Assembly (NCBI GenBank): GCA_902634795.1
Contig: CACPLK010000001.1
Location: 28,058 to 92,057, forward strand
Origin: an uncultured Prochlorococcus sp.
GTDB lineage: Bacteria > Cyanobacteriota > Cyanobacteriia > PCC-6307 > Cyanobiaceae
Direction of reading: 5' to 3'
DNA length: 64,000 nucleotides
Position 1 is the stretch's first letter. Every line of letters begins with the position of its first letter. Made by a program: the position numbers and the translations under genes. The notes under the pieces were generated by a model. The model ran no database searches. It had not been told where the DNA came from and saw nothing but the letters and a program-made list of their open reading frames with translations. Positions 31,150 through 41,638 of the stretch are shown here, in pieces.

Positions 31150-32226
31150 TTATTTATCAATACATGCATTTAATTGAGAGAGTATTTTCTCTTTATCTAA
31201 TTCTTTCCCAATAAAGACAAGTTGATTATTTCTTTCTTCTCCCCATTCACTGTCCTCAATAGAAATCCTTTTACCAGCGAGGTGAAAGACATGTCTCCTT
31301 TCACTTTCGCTAAACCAAAGGATACCCTTTGCTCTAAAAACATTACTTTTTAATTGATTATCTAGAAAATATTGGAATTTTCTAAGAGAGAAAGGTTCTT
31401 TGGTTTGAAAAGAAATAGAGAGAAAATCTTCAATTTTAGTATCTTCTTCTGAGTGAACATGTTCATGTTCATGTTCATGTTCATGTTCATGTTCATGTTC
31501 ATGGTTATGGTTATGGTTATGGTTATGGTTATGGTTATGTTCATTAGAGTGATCATGACTTGACTCTTTGTGATTTATTAGATCAGTTTCGAATAGACCC
31601 ACGCTTAATAATAGATTGAGAGGAATATTCCCTTTAATACTTTTTAAAATTCTTACATCATTTTTTATTTCTTTTAATTTGTTTATGGTTTCTTTTATAC
31701 TTTTATTAGTTACTAAATCACATTTGTTTAGAAGTAAAATATCACCATAGATTACCTGGGATCTGCCTATTGAACTTTCTAAAGCAACATCATTAAAGTT
31801 CTCAGCATCAATTAAAGTTATAATAGAATCTAATCTTGTTTGATCTCTTAATTCACTTCCAAGTAATGTCATTGCAACTGGAAGAGGATCGGCTAATCCT
31901 GTGGTTTCAATAATAATGTAGTCTAACTTCTTGTTGACATTAATTAGCTTTTCTATTGCTTCTACTAACTCACCATTTATAGAACAACAAATACATCCAT
32001 TACTTAGTTCTATCATTTCTTCTTCAGTCTTAATTATTAACTCATTATCAATTCCTATTTCACCAAATTCATTAACTAATACAGCTGTCTTTATACCTTT
32101 TTGATTAGTAAGGATATGATTTAATAAAGTTGTTTTTCCTGATCCTAAAAACCCTGATATAATTGTAATAGGAATATTAGTTTTGGAAAATACATTTTCT
32201 TTAATATTAGATTCATTTGTGTTCAT
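31150..32226 (-). CDS. COG0523/CobW-family metal-chaperone GTPase with His-rich insert
   Basis: SGFLGSGKTT, NEFG, GCICC (CxCC), IETTG.ADP, NKCD, RAKG, LVFIG. Confidence 0.92.
   Translation of the reverse strand: MNTNESNIKENVFSKTNIPITIISGFLGSGKTTLLNHILTNQKGIKTAVLVNEFGEIGIDNELIIKTEEEMIELSNGCICCSINGELVEAIEKLINVNKKLDYIIIETTGLADPLPVAMTLLGSELRDQTRLDSIITLIDAENFNDVALESSIGRSQVIYGDILLLNKCDLVTNKSIKETINKLKEIKNDVRILKSIKGNIPLNLLLSVGLFETDLINHKESSHDHSNEHNHNHNHNHNHNHEHEHEHEHEHEHEHVHSEEDTKIEDFLSISFQTKEPFSLRKFQYFLDNQLKSNVFRAKGILWFSESERRHVFHLAGKRISIEDSEWGEERNNQLVFIGKELDKEKILSQLNACIDK
31459..31542. repeat. Compound hexanucleotide tandem repeat encoding (EH)(NH)6(EH)7
   Basis: Plus strand (ATGTTC)7 31459-31500, (ATGGTT)6 31501-31536, ATGTTC 31537-31542; all perfect copies. 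Confidence 0.95.
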
Positions 32227-32251
32227 TTTAATGGAAGTAAGTAATAATACA

Positions 32252-32539
32252 TTAGGTATTGATTAATTTATCAATGGCCTCAGCAAGCTTGATGTCGTTA
32301 GTAGTAATGCCACCTTTGTCATGAGTAGTTAGATTGATTTTAACTTTATTATAGGTATTCTGCCAATCAGGATGATGATCCATTTTTTCTGATAAAAGAG
32401 CTACCTTACTAATAAAGCCAAAAGCATCAATGAAATTATCAAATTTAAATTCTCTCTTTATCGTTTGATTATCTATTATCCAAGAAGGATTCTTTTCTAT
32501 AAAACAATCTAGTTGATGTTGTTCTATTAAGGAAGTCAT
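32252..32539 (-). CDS. phhB: Pterin-4-alpha-carbinolamine dehydratase family
   Basis: F.NF..AFGF, DHHPDW, LTTHD.GGIT..D. Confidence 0.88.
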   Translation of the reverse strand: MTSLIEQHQLDCFIEKNPSWIIDNQTIKREFKFDNFIDAFGFISKVALLSEKMDHHPDWQNTYNKVKINLTTHDKGGITTNDIKLAEAIDKLINT

Positions 32540-32558
32540 GAATTTTTTATATTTAATT

Positions 32559-33047
32559 TTAATTTATATCAAAATCACCAATTGCATGCAATTGTAATGA
32601 CCTTGATTTATTTGATGTTCTATGTTCCCAGATGTAAATTCCTTGCCATAAGCCTATTTTTAATTCACAATCAACAACACTGAAGCTTAAATTATTGGAA
32701 GTAAGCATTGTTCTGATATGAGCAGGCATATCGTCTAAACCTTCTTGTGAATGAAGATATTCTATTTTTCTACTACTTCTGTCAATAGGATAAAATCCCT
32801 TCTCTGGGACAATAGCTTTCATGTATGCTGATAGGTCTTTTAGAACATTAATATCCGCATTTTCATTTATAATTAAACTACAGCTTGTATGCTTTAGAAA
32901 AATAAGAAGTATTCCTTTTTTAAACTTTTTATATTGGATCCAATCATTAATATCTTTTGTAATATTAGTAAAACCTTGTCCCCTCGTCTCAAAATCTAAA
33001 GTAGATAAAATCTGTTCCATTACTAATGAACTGTTTGACCTGGCCAC
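32559..33047 (-). CDS. yjbQ: YjbQ/UPF0047 family protein
   Basis: HTSCSL.INENAD, EG.DDMPAHI, G.WQGIY.WEHR. Confidence 0.88.
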   Translation of the reverse strand: MARSNSSLVMEQILSTLDFETRGQGFTNITKDINDWIQYKKFKKGILLIFLKHTSCSLIINENADINVLKDLSAYMKAIVPEKGFYPIDRSSRKIEYLHSQEGLDDMPAHIRTMLTSNNLSFSVVDCELKIGLWQGIYIWEHRTSNKSRSLQLHAIGDFDIN

Positions 33048-33256
33048 AATAAATACTAACAGGTTTGTTCCTTTTCTATTAAGTTAAACTATTTTGAATC
33101 CGATCGTCTTAAAAAAAAGATATAATTTTTTTTGACTTTTTAAATAATGAATAATTTAATTAAGAACCTATGATTTAAATTATTTTAAATTGATCAAATA
33201 TGAATCTATTTTCATCAATTTGATATTAGAATTATACAAATATCAAAAGGAATACG

Positions 33257-34786
33257 TTGTCAAAGTCTGCTTGGCAGCTTTTGGGTGATTACCTAAAAGA
33301 TACGCAGTTGTTGGGATCTATACAAAGCACTCTCTACTGGGACCAAAATACATCTATGCCTATTGCTGGTTCTACCTGGAGAGGTGAGCAATTAAGTCTT
33401 TTAGCTAAGCAACTTCATTCAAGACAAAGTTCTGAACAGTTCGAAATTTTAATAAAAGAAGCAAAATCTGAACTTCAAAATTTAAAAGATAAAGACGATT
33501 TTGAATCAGAACTTATGACAGATAGGTATAAAAATATTGAGTTGCTTGAGCAAGATTTCAATAGACAAAAAAGATTGGATCCTAAATTAGTTGTTGAGCT
33601 TGCAACAGCAAAGTCTGAAGGTTATATGTGTTGGCATGAAGCCAGGAAGAATAATGACTTCAAAAGTTTTTCTCCAGCTCTAAAGAAATTAATTTCACTA
33701 CGAACAGAACAATCCAATCAGCTCTGTGAAGAAAGAAGTTGCTGGGAGACACTTGCACAGCCTTTTGAACCGAACTTAACGATTAATCGTGTAAGCGAAC
33801 TATTTGAACCTTTAAAAAAAAGATTGCCGGAATTGATTCAGAAGGCTGCGAAAATAACTAATAAAAAGAGTAAAAAATGGGATTTAGCAAATAACGATCA
33901 AGAAAAGCTCTGTCAAATACTTTTAAATGATTGGTTTAGGGATCCTTCTAATACAGCTATAGCTAAGTCCCCTCATCCATTTTCAATAACTTTAGGTCCG
34001 GATGATTATCGAATTACGACTCGAATAGTTAAAGGTCAGCCACTTTCTTGCTTATTAGCTACTGCCCATGAGTGGGGACATTCTCTGTATGAACAAGGCT
34101 TACCTTCTGAGAGTCACCAATGGTTTGCATGGCCATTAGGTCAAGCAACTTCTATGGCTGTTCATGAGAGTCAATCTCTATTTTGGGAAAATAGAATTGC
34201 TAGGAGCTTTTCATTTGCAAAGTCTTTTTGGCATCATTTTGAGAATGCAGGTGCTCCAATTCACTCTGGAAATGATTTATGGATCAATCTAAATCCATTT
34301 ACTCCCGGGTTGAATCGAGTAGAGGCCGATGAGCTTAGTTATGGCTTGCACATAATGATTAGGACTGACTTGGAAATTGATCTTCTAGAGAGAGGGCTTT
34401 CTGTAGAAGATCTACCTAATGAATGGAATAAAAGGTATTTGAACCTTCTAGGAGTTTCGCCAGAAAATGATACTGAAGGATGTTTGCAAGATGTTCACTG
34501 GAGTGAGGGGATGTTTGGTTATTTCCCCTCTTATTTGCTTGGTCATCTTATTAGCGCTCAGTTAACAAAAACTCTTGAAGAAGATTTAGGTAAAATTGAA
34601 AATGTTATTGAAGCTAATGAAATCAGTAAAATATTGGGGTGGCTTCGCAAAAATGTTCATCATCATGGGAGAAGTTTGGATTCAGAGGAACTTGTAAAGA
34701 AGGTCTCTGGAGCAAAATTATCACCAAATTATTTTCTTGAATACTTAGACAATAAACTTGAAATGCTTTCTAGAATCTTTAATTAA
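33257..34786 (+). CDS. Carboxypeptidase M32 (Taq-type)
   Basis: HPF, HEWGH (HExxH), HESQS, RVEADE, GCLQDVHW, GYFPSY. Confidence 0.93.
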   Translation: MSKSAWQLLGDYLKDTQLLGSIQSTLYWDQNTSMPIAGSTWRGEQLSLLAKQLHSRQSSEQFEILIKEAKSELQNLKDKDDFESELMTDRYKNIELLEQDFNRQKRLDPKLVVELATAKSEGYMCWHEARKNNDFKSFSPALKKLISLRTEQSNQLCEERSCWETLAQPFEPNLTINRVSELFEPLKKRLPELIQKAAKITNKKSKKWDLANNDQEKLCQILLNDWFRDPSNTAIAKSPHPFSITLGPDDYRITTRIVKGQPLSCLLATAHEWGHSLYEQGLPSESHQWFAWPLGQATSMAVHESQSLFWENRIARSFSFAKSFWHHFENAGAPIHSGNDLWINLNPFTPGLNRVEADELSYGLHIMIRTDLEIDLLERGLSVEDLPNEWNKRYLNLLGVSPENDTEGCLQDVHWSEGMFGYFPSYLLGHLISAQLTKTLEEDLGKIENVIEANEISKILGWLRKNVHHHGRSLDSEELVKKVSGAKLSPNYFLEYLDNKLEMLSRIFN

Positions 34787-34913
34787 AATCTACATTTATT
34801 AGGATAAAAATTATGTAAAGCATATTTTTTGTTGAAATTTTTCAAAATTATTTGCCAGAACTTCATTTGCATTTACTGCATTGATTTACCATGTAAGAAC
34901 ATAAAAAAATACT

Positions 34914-35501
34914 ATGGCTAACCTTGATCAAGCACCTAGCAGAACAATGCCTAATCTGCTTCATGTCTTACCTGCGTTTGCCAATGAATCTGAACATAGA
35001 GTCAACACAATCGTTGAGTTGAATTCAAACACAATAAATAAATACGAGCTTATTACTGAAACAGGGCATCTAAAGCTTGATCGAGTTGGATATTCGTCCC
35101 TCGCCTACCCTTTCGCTTATGGATGTCTTCCACGTACATGGGATGAAGACGGCGATCCGTTAGATATCGAAATTGTGAATGTTACAGAGCCGTTAGTACC
35201 CGGTTCAATTGTTGAAGCAAGGATTATAGGAATCATGACTTTTGATGATGGAGGTGAAGTTGACGACAAAGTTATTGGAGTAATAGCGGATGATAAGAGG
35301 ATGGATCACATAAAAAGCTTTGAACAATTAGGAAAGCATTGGATCAAGGAAACAACTTATTATTGGGAGCATTATAAAGATCTTAAAAAACCAGGAACTT
35401 GTACTGTAAATGGCTTCTTTGGTGTTGAAAAAGCAGTTGAGATTATCAAATCCTGCGAGAAGCGTTACTTATCTGAAATAGATCCTAATTTAATTAATTA
35501 A
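34914..35501 (+). CDS. ppa: Soluble inorganic pyrophosphatase, family I (copy 1)
   Basis: KYE, LDR, YG..P.T, intact DGDPLD, DD...DDK, YKDL. Confidence 0.92.
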   Translation: MANLDQAPSRTMPNLLHVLPAFANESEHRVNTIVELNSNTINKYELITETGHLKLDRVGYSSLAYPFAYGCLPRTWDEDGDPLDIEIVNVTEPLVPGSIVEARIIGIMTFDDGGEVDDKVIGVIADDKRMDHIKSFEQLGKHWIKETTYYWEHYKDLKKPGTCTVNGFFGVEKAVEIIKSCEKRYLSEIDPNLIN

Positions 35502-35515
35502 ACTGTTTGAATGAT

Positions 35516-36469
35516 TTAGGCCCTCGCAGACTTGAAAATCTCTTCTAATATTTCTCCTGCACCACGGCCTTTTAATTCATTGGCTAAGTCTATTCCTATT
35601 TCTTCAGCAGAGCTTACAGATCCTTTTTTTATATCTCTAATTAATCTTTTACCATCTAAACTTGCGACCATTCCTTCAAGAATTAATTCATCATTGTTAA
35701 TTTCAGTTCTAACGCCTATTGGAACTTGACATCCTCCTTCAAGCTCTCTTAGGAAAGACCTTTCTGATAAGCATCTTTTAGATGTTGATTCGTGTTCAAG
35801 TGTTTTTAAAATATCTAGTACCTCTTGTTGACCACTTACACATTCAATCCCAAGAGCTCCCTGTCCCACAGCATGAAGTGAAATATCTGTTGGAATCAAC
35901 TGATGTATTCGGTTAGCAAAACCAAGCCTTTGCAATCCAGCAGCAGCCAAGATAAGACAGTCATATTCTCCTGAGTCAAGCTTTTCTAATCGTGTAATAA
36001 CATTTCCTCGTACATCTTTGAAAACAAGATGTGGATAATGGTATCGCAATTGAGCAAGCCTTCTTAAGGAACTAGTTCCCACTACAGAACCTTCTGGCAG
36101 AGTCTCTAGTTTGTGAATTTGATTTTTCTCATTAACGACTAACGCGTCTGAAGGGTCCTCCCTTTCTGTGATGCAGCCAAGAATTAATCCCTCTGGAAGA
36201 TTAGTAGGTAAATCTTTTAATGAGTGGACCGCAATTTCGGCATGACCAACAAGCATTTGAGCTTCAAGTTCTTTAGTGAAAAGACCTTTGTCTCCTATTT
36301 TTGCTAATGCCACATCAAGTATTTTGTCACCCTGCGTAGCCATTGCTTCGATAGTGATAGCAAGATTAGGATGCGCTTTTTGTAGTTCATCTCGTACCCA
36401 GTTCGTCTGAACCATGGCCAGCTGGCTTCGGCGAGAGGCGATGCGCAGTTGGTCTAGTGTCATTAGCAA
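35516..36469 (-). CDS. hemC: Porphobilinogen deaminase
   Basis: [42 protein letters not shown]. Confidence 0.97.
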   Translation of the reverse strand: MLMTLDQLRIASRRSQLAMVQTNWVRDELQKAHPNLAITIEAMATQGDKILDVALAKIGDKGLFTKELEAQMLVGHAEIAVHSLKDLPTNLPEGLILGCITEREDPSDALVVNEKNQIHKLETLPEGSVVGTSSLRRLAQLRYHYPHLVFKDVRGNVITRLEKLDSGEYDCLILAAAGLQRLGFANRIHQLIPTDISLHAVGQGALGIECVSGQQEVLDILKTLEHESTSKRCLSERSFLRELEGGCQVPIGVRTEINNDELILEGMVASLDGKRLIRDIKKGSVSSAEEIGIDLANELKGRGAGEILEEIFKSARA

Positions 36470-36618
36470 ATCTCTTCTATTTCTTTACCTTAAGCAGTCA
36501 ACCATACCTAATTAAAATCCTGGAAAATAATTTAATAAGGTTGATGTGAAATGAAATCTATGATCTAACTAAATATCTGTCTTTGATACTAGGGAAACTA
36601 AAGTTATAGTTTAATTTT

Positions 36619-37872
36619 TTAATTTAGCTTTATGTATTCTTTAAGAACCCCATTTCTATTTGGATGACGGAGTTTTCTAAGAGCCTTGGCCTCTATTTGT
36701 CTAATCCTCTCTCTCGTTACGTCAAAAATCTGTCCAATTTCTTCAAGGGTTTTCATTCTTCCATCGTCTAATCCATAACGAAGTCTTAGAACATCCCTCT
36801 CTCTGGGACTTAATGTGGCGAGAACACCCTCCAAATCCTCTCTTAGTAGAGTTTTTGCCACATCTTGCTCAGGATTCTCTATGTCTGCTTCAATAAAGTC
36901 ACCAAGTCTAGAATCTTCTTCTTTACCAATAGGGGTCTCAAGAGAAATGGGAAGTTGAGCGCTTTTGGCAATAAATCTCAGTTTCTCAATCGTCATTTCC
37001 ATACTTTCGGCGATTTCTTCTTCAGTTGGTTTTCTTCCAAACTCTTGACTTAAAACTTTTGTGGTTTTCTTGATCCGTGAAATTGTTTCGTACAAATGCA
37101 CAGGCAAACGAATTGTTCTGCTTTGATCTGCAATTGCTCTGGTAATAGCTTGTCTGATCCACCAGGTAGCGTAAGTTGAGAACTTATATCCTTTCTCATG
37201 ATCAAATTTTTCAGCTGCACGAATAAGACCAAGACTTCCTTCTTGGATAAGATCTTGAAAAGACAATCCTCTATTCATATATTTCTTGGCAATTGAAACT
37301 ACTAATCGTAGATTCGATTGCACCATTTTTTCTTTTGCTCGTCTACCAAGCATCAATCGCCTGCGGAAGCGAGCTAATGGCATTTCTGCAAGAGCGGCCC
37401 ATTCTTTAACTGATGGGAAATGACCGTTCTCACTTTCAAATTGCGCAGCCTCTTCCTCTAATTGAAGAAGATCAGCTATCTTTCTGGCTAATTCAATTTC
37501 TTCGTCTGGCCTGAGAAGTCTTATCCGACCAATTTCTTGTAGATAAACTCTAATTGAATCTTCTGTGTAAACACCCTTTGGTCCTATTTTTATACTTGCC
37601 AAAGCTTTAGCTGCTGCTTCTTGAGCGCTCGAGAGCACTGAGGCATCATCATCATCATCATCTAGATCGATATCTGCTTGAGTTACTTTATTTGCTTCAG
37701 CAATTAATTTATCTGCCTCCAGATCTAAATCGATTTTAAGATCATTTGAAGATTCTTGAGGAAGAGTTTGGGTTTGTTTAGTCACGTTTACTTTTGCGGC
37801 TGTTTTTTTTGAATTGCTTTTAGTTGCCTTAGTAAGAGAAATATTTTTAGATGTCTTTTTTTCCTTTAACAT
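36619..37872 (-). CDS. rpoD: Principal RNA polymerase sigma factor (SigA/RpoD)
   Basis: [46 protein letters not shown]. Confidence 0.97.
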   Translation of the reverse strand: MLKEKKTSKNISLTKATKSNSKKTAAKVNVTKQTQTLPQESSNDLKIDLDLEADKLIAEANKVTQADIDLDDDDDDASVLSSAQEAAAKALASIKIGPKGVYTEDSIRVYLQEIGRIRLLRPDEEIELARKIADLLQLEEEAAQFESENGHFPSVKEWAALAEMPLARFRRRLMLGRRAKEKMVQSNLRLVVSIAKKYMNRGLSFQDLIQEGSLGLIRAAEKFDHEKGYKFSTYATWWIRQAITRAIADQSRTIRLPVHLYETISRIKKTTKVLSQEFGRKPTEEEIAESMEMTIEKLRFIAKSAQLPISLETPIGKEEDSRLGDFIEADIENPEQDVAKTLLREDLEGVLATLSPRERDVLRLRYGLDDGRMKTLEEIGQIFDVTRERIRQIEAKALRKLRHPNRNGVLKEYIKLN

Positions 37873-38193
37873 GATTTTTCGGATGGTTTTGTGGTCTGTT
37901 GCAGAGCTCAGGTTAATACCCGAAAAAATGGACGGAATCTCCTAGAGATAATATTTCAGGAAAAACTATTTAATTTGTAAAAATTCAACGAAAACACTCT
38001 AATTTGGGATTGTCCTTAATCGTGATAAATCTTGCGAAAAATCACATGACATCAATATGGACTTGAAATTATGAAAGATGTTTTGTTGAGGAATGGAAAT
38101 GTGTAAGCAAGGATGTCAGGGGATTTCTCAGACCGGCTTATCTTAGAATGGGATTTTTCCTATTCTTGGTAAAGCTTCTAGTCTTCCCTCTGG

Positions 38194-38232
38194 GTGGAAT
38201 TTTGCAAGTTCCACAACAGCTTTAAAGCTGTT
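38194..38232. promoter_or_regulatory. Adjacent inverted repeats in divergent rpoD-priA intergenic region
   Basis: GTGGAATTTTGCAAGTTCCAC (38194-38214) abutting perfect 18-bp palindrome AACAGCTTTAAAGCTGTT (38215-38232). Confidence 0.5.
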
Positions 38233-38284
38233 CACAATCCAATGGTAGAAAAAATTCCTGAAGTCGGCAAGTATTAAAAATTAT

Positions 38285-40528
38285 ATGAATCTCTTTATAT
38301 TTGATATTTGGCTGCATGTGGGTCGTGAAGGACGATGTTTTTCCTATCAAAATGGAAATAATTTAGATATTGATTTAGGCGATGTTGTTACCGTGAGTTT
38401 GAAAGGTCAATTAATGCAGGGTCTTGTCGTTAATAAGATAAAAAAAAATATAACTAGTTCAAAGGAAAATTTTAAAAATATTTCATTGAATAATGTCGAA
38501 ACATTGGTTCAAAAATCAGCTATCAAAAAAGAGTGGAGAGAGTGGCTAGAGGAAATCGCTTATGAATTGTATGTAAGTCATTTTCAGATGCTTAAGACTG
38601 CCTTACCTCCTGGTTGGTTGGGAAGGTCGAAGCTATCGAATAGACCAAAAAAACTTTGGTGGATAAAATTGTCAAGTAATAATCATCAGGAACAGATATC
38701 TAGTAGACAGATTGAATTAAAGAAGAATCTTCTCTTAAATGGAGGAGGGAAATGGCAAAAAGATTTGGAGGCTGAAGGATTTTCTTCCGGATTGATTAGA
38801 AACTTTGTCTCATCTGGTTGCGGAGCAAGAGAAAAACGTTTTTATCTTGTTAACTCTCCCGTTGATAAAGAATCTAGTGAAAAAAATTTTATAAAGCTTG
38901 AGGATCCTCAACCTTTAACGTTGGAGCAAAAATTAGCAAAAGAAAAATATGAGTCTCTTTTAAATGGGTCAGCTCTTTTGCTTTGGGGTGTTACTGGCTC
39001 TGGTAAGACTGAAGTATACCTACAAGTTGCAGCACTTGAGTTGTCTGCAGGTAGACATTGCCTTATACTCACACCTGAAATTGGATTAGTACCACAATTA
39101 GTTGATCGCTTTCGAAAGAGATTTGGATTAAATGTTTTTGAATATCATAGTAATTGTTCTAATAAAGAAAAAATTGAGACATGGAAGAGATCTTTAGACA
39201 CTACAATTCCAAGTGTTTTTATTGGTACTCGCTCAGCTATTTTCCTACCATTATCCGACTTAGGATTGATTGTTCTTGATGAAGAACATGATAGCTCTTA
39301 TAAACAAGAATCCCCAATGCCTTGCTATCATGCAAGAGACTTGGCAATTCATAGAGCAAAAAAATTCGGAGCTAAAGTAATACTTGGAACAGCAACGCCA
39401 TCTTTAAATGTTTGGAAAAATATAAAATCCAACGGGAATATAGTTGTTGCGAAATTAACCCAACGGATTTTGAATCGTAAATTACCAACAGTTAATGTTG
39501 TAGACATGCGCGAAGAATTAGCTATTGGAAACCGAAGCTTAATTAGTAGATATCTAAAAAAGCAACTTTTGAATACAATAAAGAGTGGTAATCAAGCGAT
39601 CATTTTAGTCCCTAGACGTGGATATAGTAGTTTTCTAAGTTGCCGTAGTTGTGGAGAGGTCGTTCAATGTCCACATTGTGATGTTGCACTAACTGTACAT
39701 CGTTCCAAAGAGGGGAATCAATGGCTGCGTTGTCATTGGTGTGACTTTCGTTCGAAAATTAGTGATAAATGTGGAGAATGTGGTTCAAATGCTTTTAAAC
39801 CGTTTGGGACTGGAACGCAAAGAGTTATGGATCATTTAGAAAAAGATCTACAGGGCATAAGTTTATTAAGGTTTGATAGGGATACAACTAGAGGCCGTGA
39901 TGGCCACAGATTGCTGCTAAAAAGGTTTGCCGATGGTTGCGCAGATATTTTAGTAGGTACTCAGATGCTCTCTAAAGGCATGGATTTGCCAAAAGTAACT
40001 CTTGCCGTCGTCCTGGCAGCAGATGGTTTATTGCATCGTCCTGATTTAATGGCTACTGAAGAAACCCTTCAACTTTTTATGCAATTAGCTGGTCGTGCTG
40101 GACGTGGTGAGCAACCTGGAAAGGTTGTAGTTCAAACTTATTGTCCTGATCATCCAGTTATTCTTCATTTGATTGACGGGAGGTATGAAGAGTTTCTGAA
40201 AAAAGAGGAAAATACCAGAAAAGAAGCTGCGATGGTTCCGTATAGTCGAGCATGCTTATTAAGGTTCTCAGGAGAATCTTCTCAGTTGACATCAAACGGA
40301 GCATTTCATGTCTCATCAAAAATCAGGAATACTTGCCTTGCAAAAGGATGGAAATTGGTCGGTCCAGCACCTTCATTAGTTGAAAGGGTTGCAGGTAAAA
40401 GCCGTTGGCAACTTCTTCTTTACGGGCCTGAATCAACTCAAATTCCAATTCCTTATGGACCAGAATTATGGAAAGGCTTACCAAAAGGAGTAAGTCTTTC
40501 TATTGATCCTGATCCTTTACAACTATGA
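38285..40528 (+). CDS. priA: Primosomal protein N' (replication restart helicase)
   Basis: GVTGSGKTEVY, DEEH, TAT, four CxxC zinc motifs, QLAGRAGR. Confidence 0.96.
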   Translation: MNLFIFDIWLHVGREGRCFSYQNGNNLDIDLGDVVTVSLKGQLMQGLVVNKIKKNITSSKENFKNISLNNVETLVQKSAIKKEWREWLEEIAYELYVSHFQMLKTALPPGWLGRSKLSNRPKKLWWIKLSSNNHQEQISSRQIELKKNLLLNGGGKWQKDLEAEGFSSGLIRNFVSSGCGAREKRFYLVNSPVDKESSEKNFIKLEDPQPLTLEQKLAKEKYESLLNGSALLLWGVTGSGKTEVYLQVAALELSAGRHCLILTPEIGLVPQLVDRFRKRFGLNVFEYHSNCSNKEKIETWKRSLDTTIPSVFIGTRSAIFLPLSDLGLIVLDEEHDSSYKQESPMPCYHARDLAIHRAKKFGAKVILGTATPSLNVWKNIKSNGNIVVAKLTQRILNRKLPTVNVVDMREELAIGNRSLISRYLKKQLLNTIKSGNQAIILVPRRGYSSFLSCRSCGEVVQCPHCDVALTVHRSKEGNQWLRCHWCDFRSKISDKCGECGSNAFKPFGTGTQRVMDHLEKDLQGISLLRFDRDTTRGRDGHRLLLKRFADGCADILVGTQMLSKGMDLPKVTLAVVLAADGLLHRPDLMATEETLQLFMQLAGRAGRGEQPGKVVVQTYCPDHPVILHLIDGRYEEFLKKEENTRKEAAMVPYSRACLLRFSGESSQLTSNGAFHVSSKIRNTCLAKGWKLVGPAPSLVERVAGKSRWQLLLYGPESTQIPIPYGPELWKGLPKGVSLSIDPDPLQL

Positions 40529-40543
40529 GAAGTTTTATTCTAA

Positions 40544-41638
40544 TTAAGGTGGTAATTCAGGGAATCCGAACCCCATTTTGAGGCGAAATTTTTGAAGGGA
40601 TAAGCTCAGAAAAATCAAAACAAGTATCAGGATAATCCCAACTGAAATTTGGTTCCATGTCCAATTTGAAAGCTCCAGTTGGTTAATCTGTCCGATTTTA
40701 AGAGGAAAGATTGTTAGACCTTTTTTAAAAGTGGGTTCTAGAGGTTGGGTCTTGAAATTATTTTTATTTCCAATGTCATTAATTATGATGTTTATTTTTA
40801 ATCCCGGAATTTTTGGAAAGTCTCTCAAGTCAAAATAAATTTTAAAATTTTGACTTGTACCAATTATCCAGTTTTTGTTGTTTGTAATTATTTCAGGTTT
40901 ATTTATATTAAATCCACTAGTCTTTGAAGCCACCGAGGCTATTTGCTTAAGTAATTCATTTGCCTCTTCAAAACGAATAGTTTGTGCTTCAAAATGCTGC
41001 TTATCCTCATAAGGTTTGATTTTTAAGATACTATGCTCCTTTGCAAGATTATCTTCAAATTCTATCTGCCATGGAATTGTTTCACCAGAATTACTATCTA
41101 TGTCAACTGAAATCTTTAGTCGATCTGGACCTGCAACACTAAAGTTTGTTGATATATCAACGCAACCACTCAAAAGAAACGTTAATAATAAAATAATTAT
41201 TAACGTTATTATTGAAAATCCAAAATCTAGATTTTTTGTTGGACCAGTTGGAGGATGATTGATTTTCTTCTCTTTCTTCTTCTTTGTTTTACTAAATGAT
41301 GATTTTAGAGATGGCTCCATCTCTATCTTTGGAATTTCTACAGACCAGTTTGACGGCCTTTCTAGGTGTGGAGCATCAAGTATTGATAATAACTGTTTAG
41401 CTTGTTGACGGATGCTATCTTTTTTATTATGGATTAATGCTTGACAAATATTGATCGCTGTTTGCTCATCACCTTTACCCATATAGGCAGTAACTATAAG
41501 TAGTCTAAGTTGTCCTCCTAGCGCTGTCTCTTGTTTGAAAGTAAGAAGTAAAGGATCAACTATTTTTATGCAAAAATTGTAATCACCTTTATCAATAGCC
41601 GCTTCAGCAGCTTTTATAGCTGAAGCTACTTCTGACAT
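40544..41638 (-). CDS. DUF3153-like membrane protein with TPR-like N-terminus
   Basis: Helical N-terminus, central TM ending LLSGC, C-terminal TM and GFPELP. Confidence 0.65.
   Translation of the reverse strand: MSEVASAIKAAEAAIDKGDYNFCIKIVDPLLLTFKQETALGGQLRLLIVTAYMGKGDEQTAINICQALIHNKKDSIRQQAKQLLSILDAPHLERPSNWSVEIPKIEMEPSLKSSFSKTKKKKEKKINHPPTGPTKNLDFGFSIITLIIILLLTFLLSGCVDISTNFSVAGPDRLKISVDIDSNSGETIPWQIEFEDNLAKEHSILKIKPYEDKQHFEAQTIRFEEANELLKQIASVASKTSGFNINKPEIITNNKNWIIGTSQNFKIYFDLRDFPKIPGLKINIIINDIGNKNNFKTQPLEPTFKKGLTIFPLKIGQINQLELSNWTWNQISVGIILILVLIFLSLSLQKFRLKMGFGFPELPP

Noticed and set aside
31056-31169. Lys/Asn-rich N-terminal extension of futB in the ORF track
   Set aside because: Low-complexity AT-rich sequence overlapping the upstream stop; ATG 31055 precedes the first TM at a normal distance
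31459-31542. Repeat array as a possible CRISPR
   Set aside because: 6-nt tandem units without spacers, inside a CDS, and no cas genes
31362-31556. ORF with (IT)n(MN)n repeats
   Set aside because: Alternative-frame reading of the His-tract microsatellite inside the COG0523 gene
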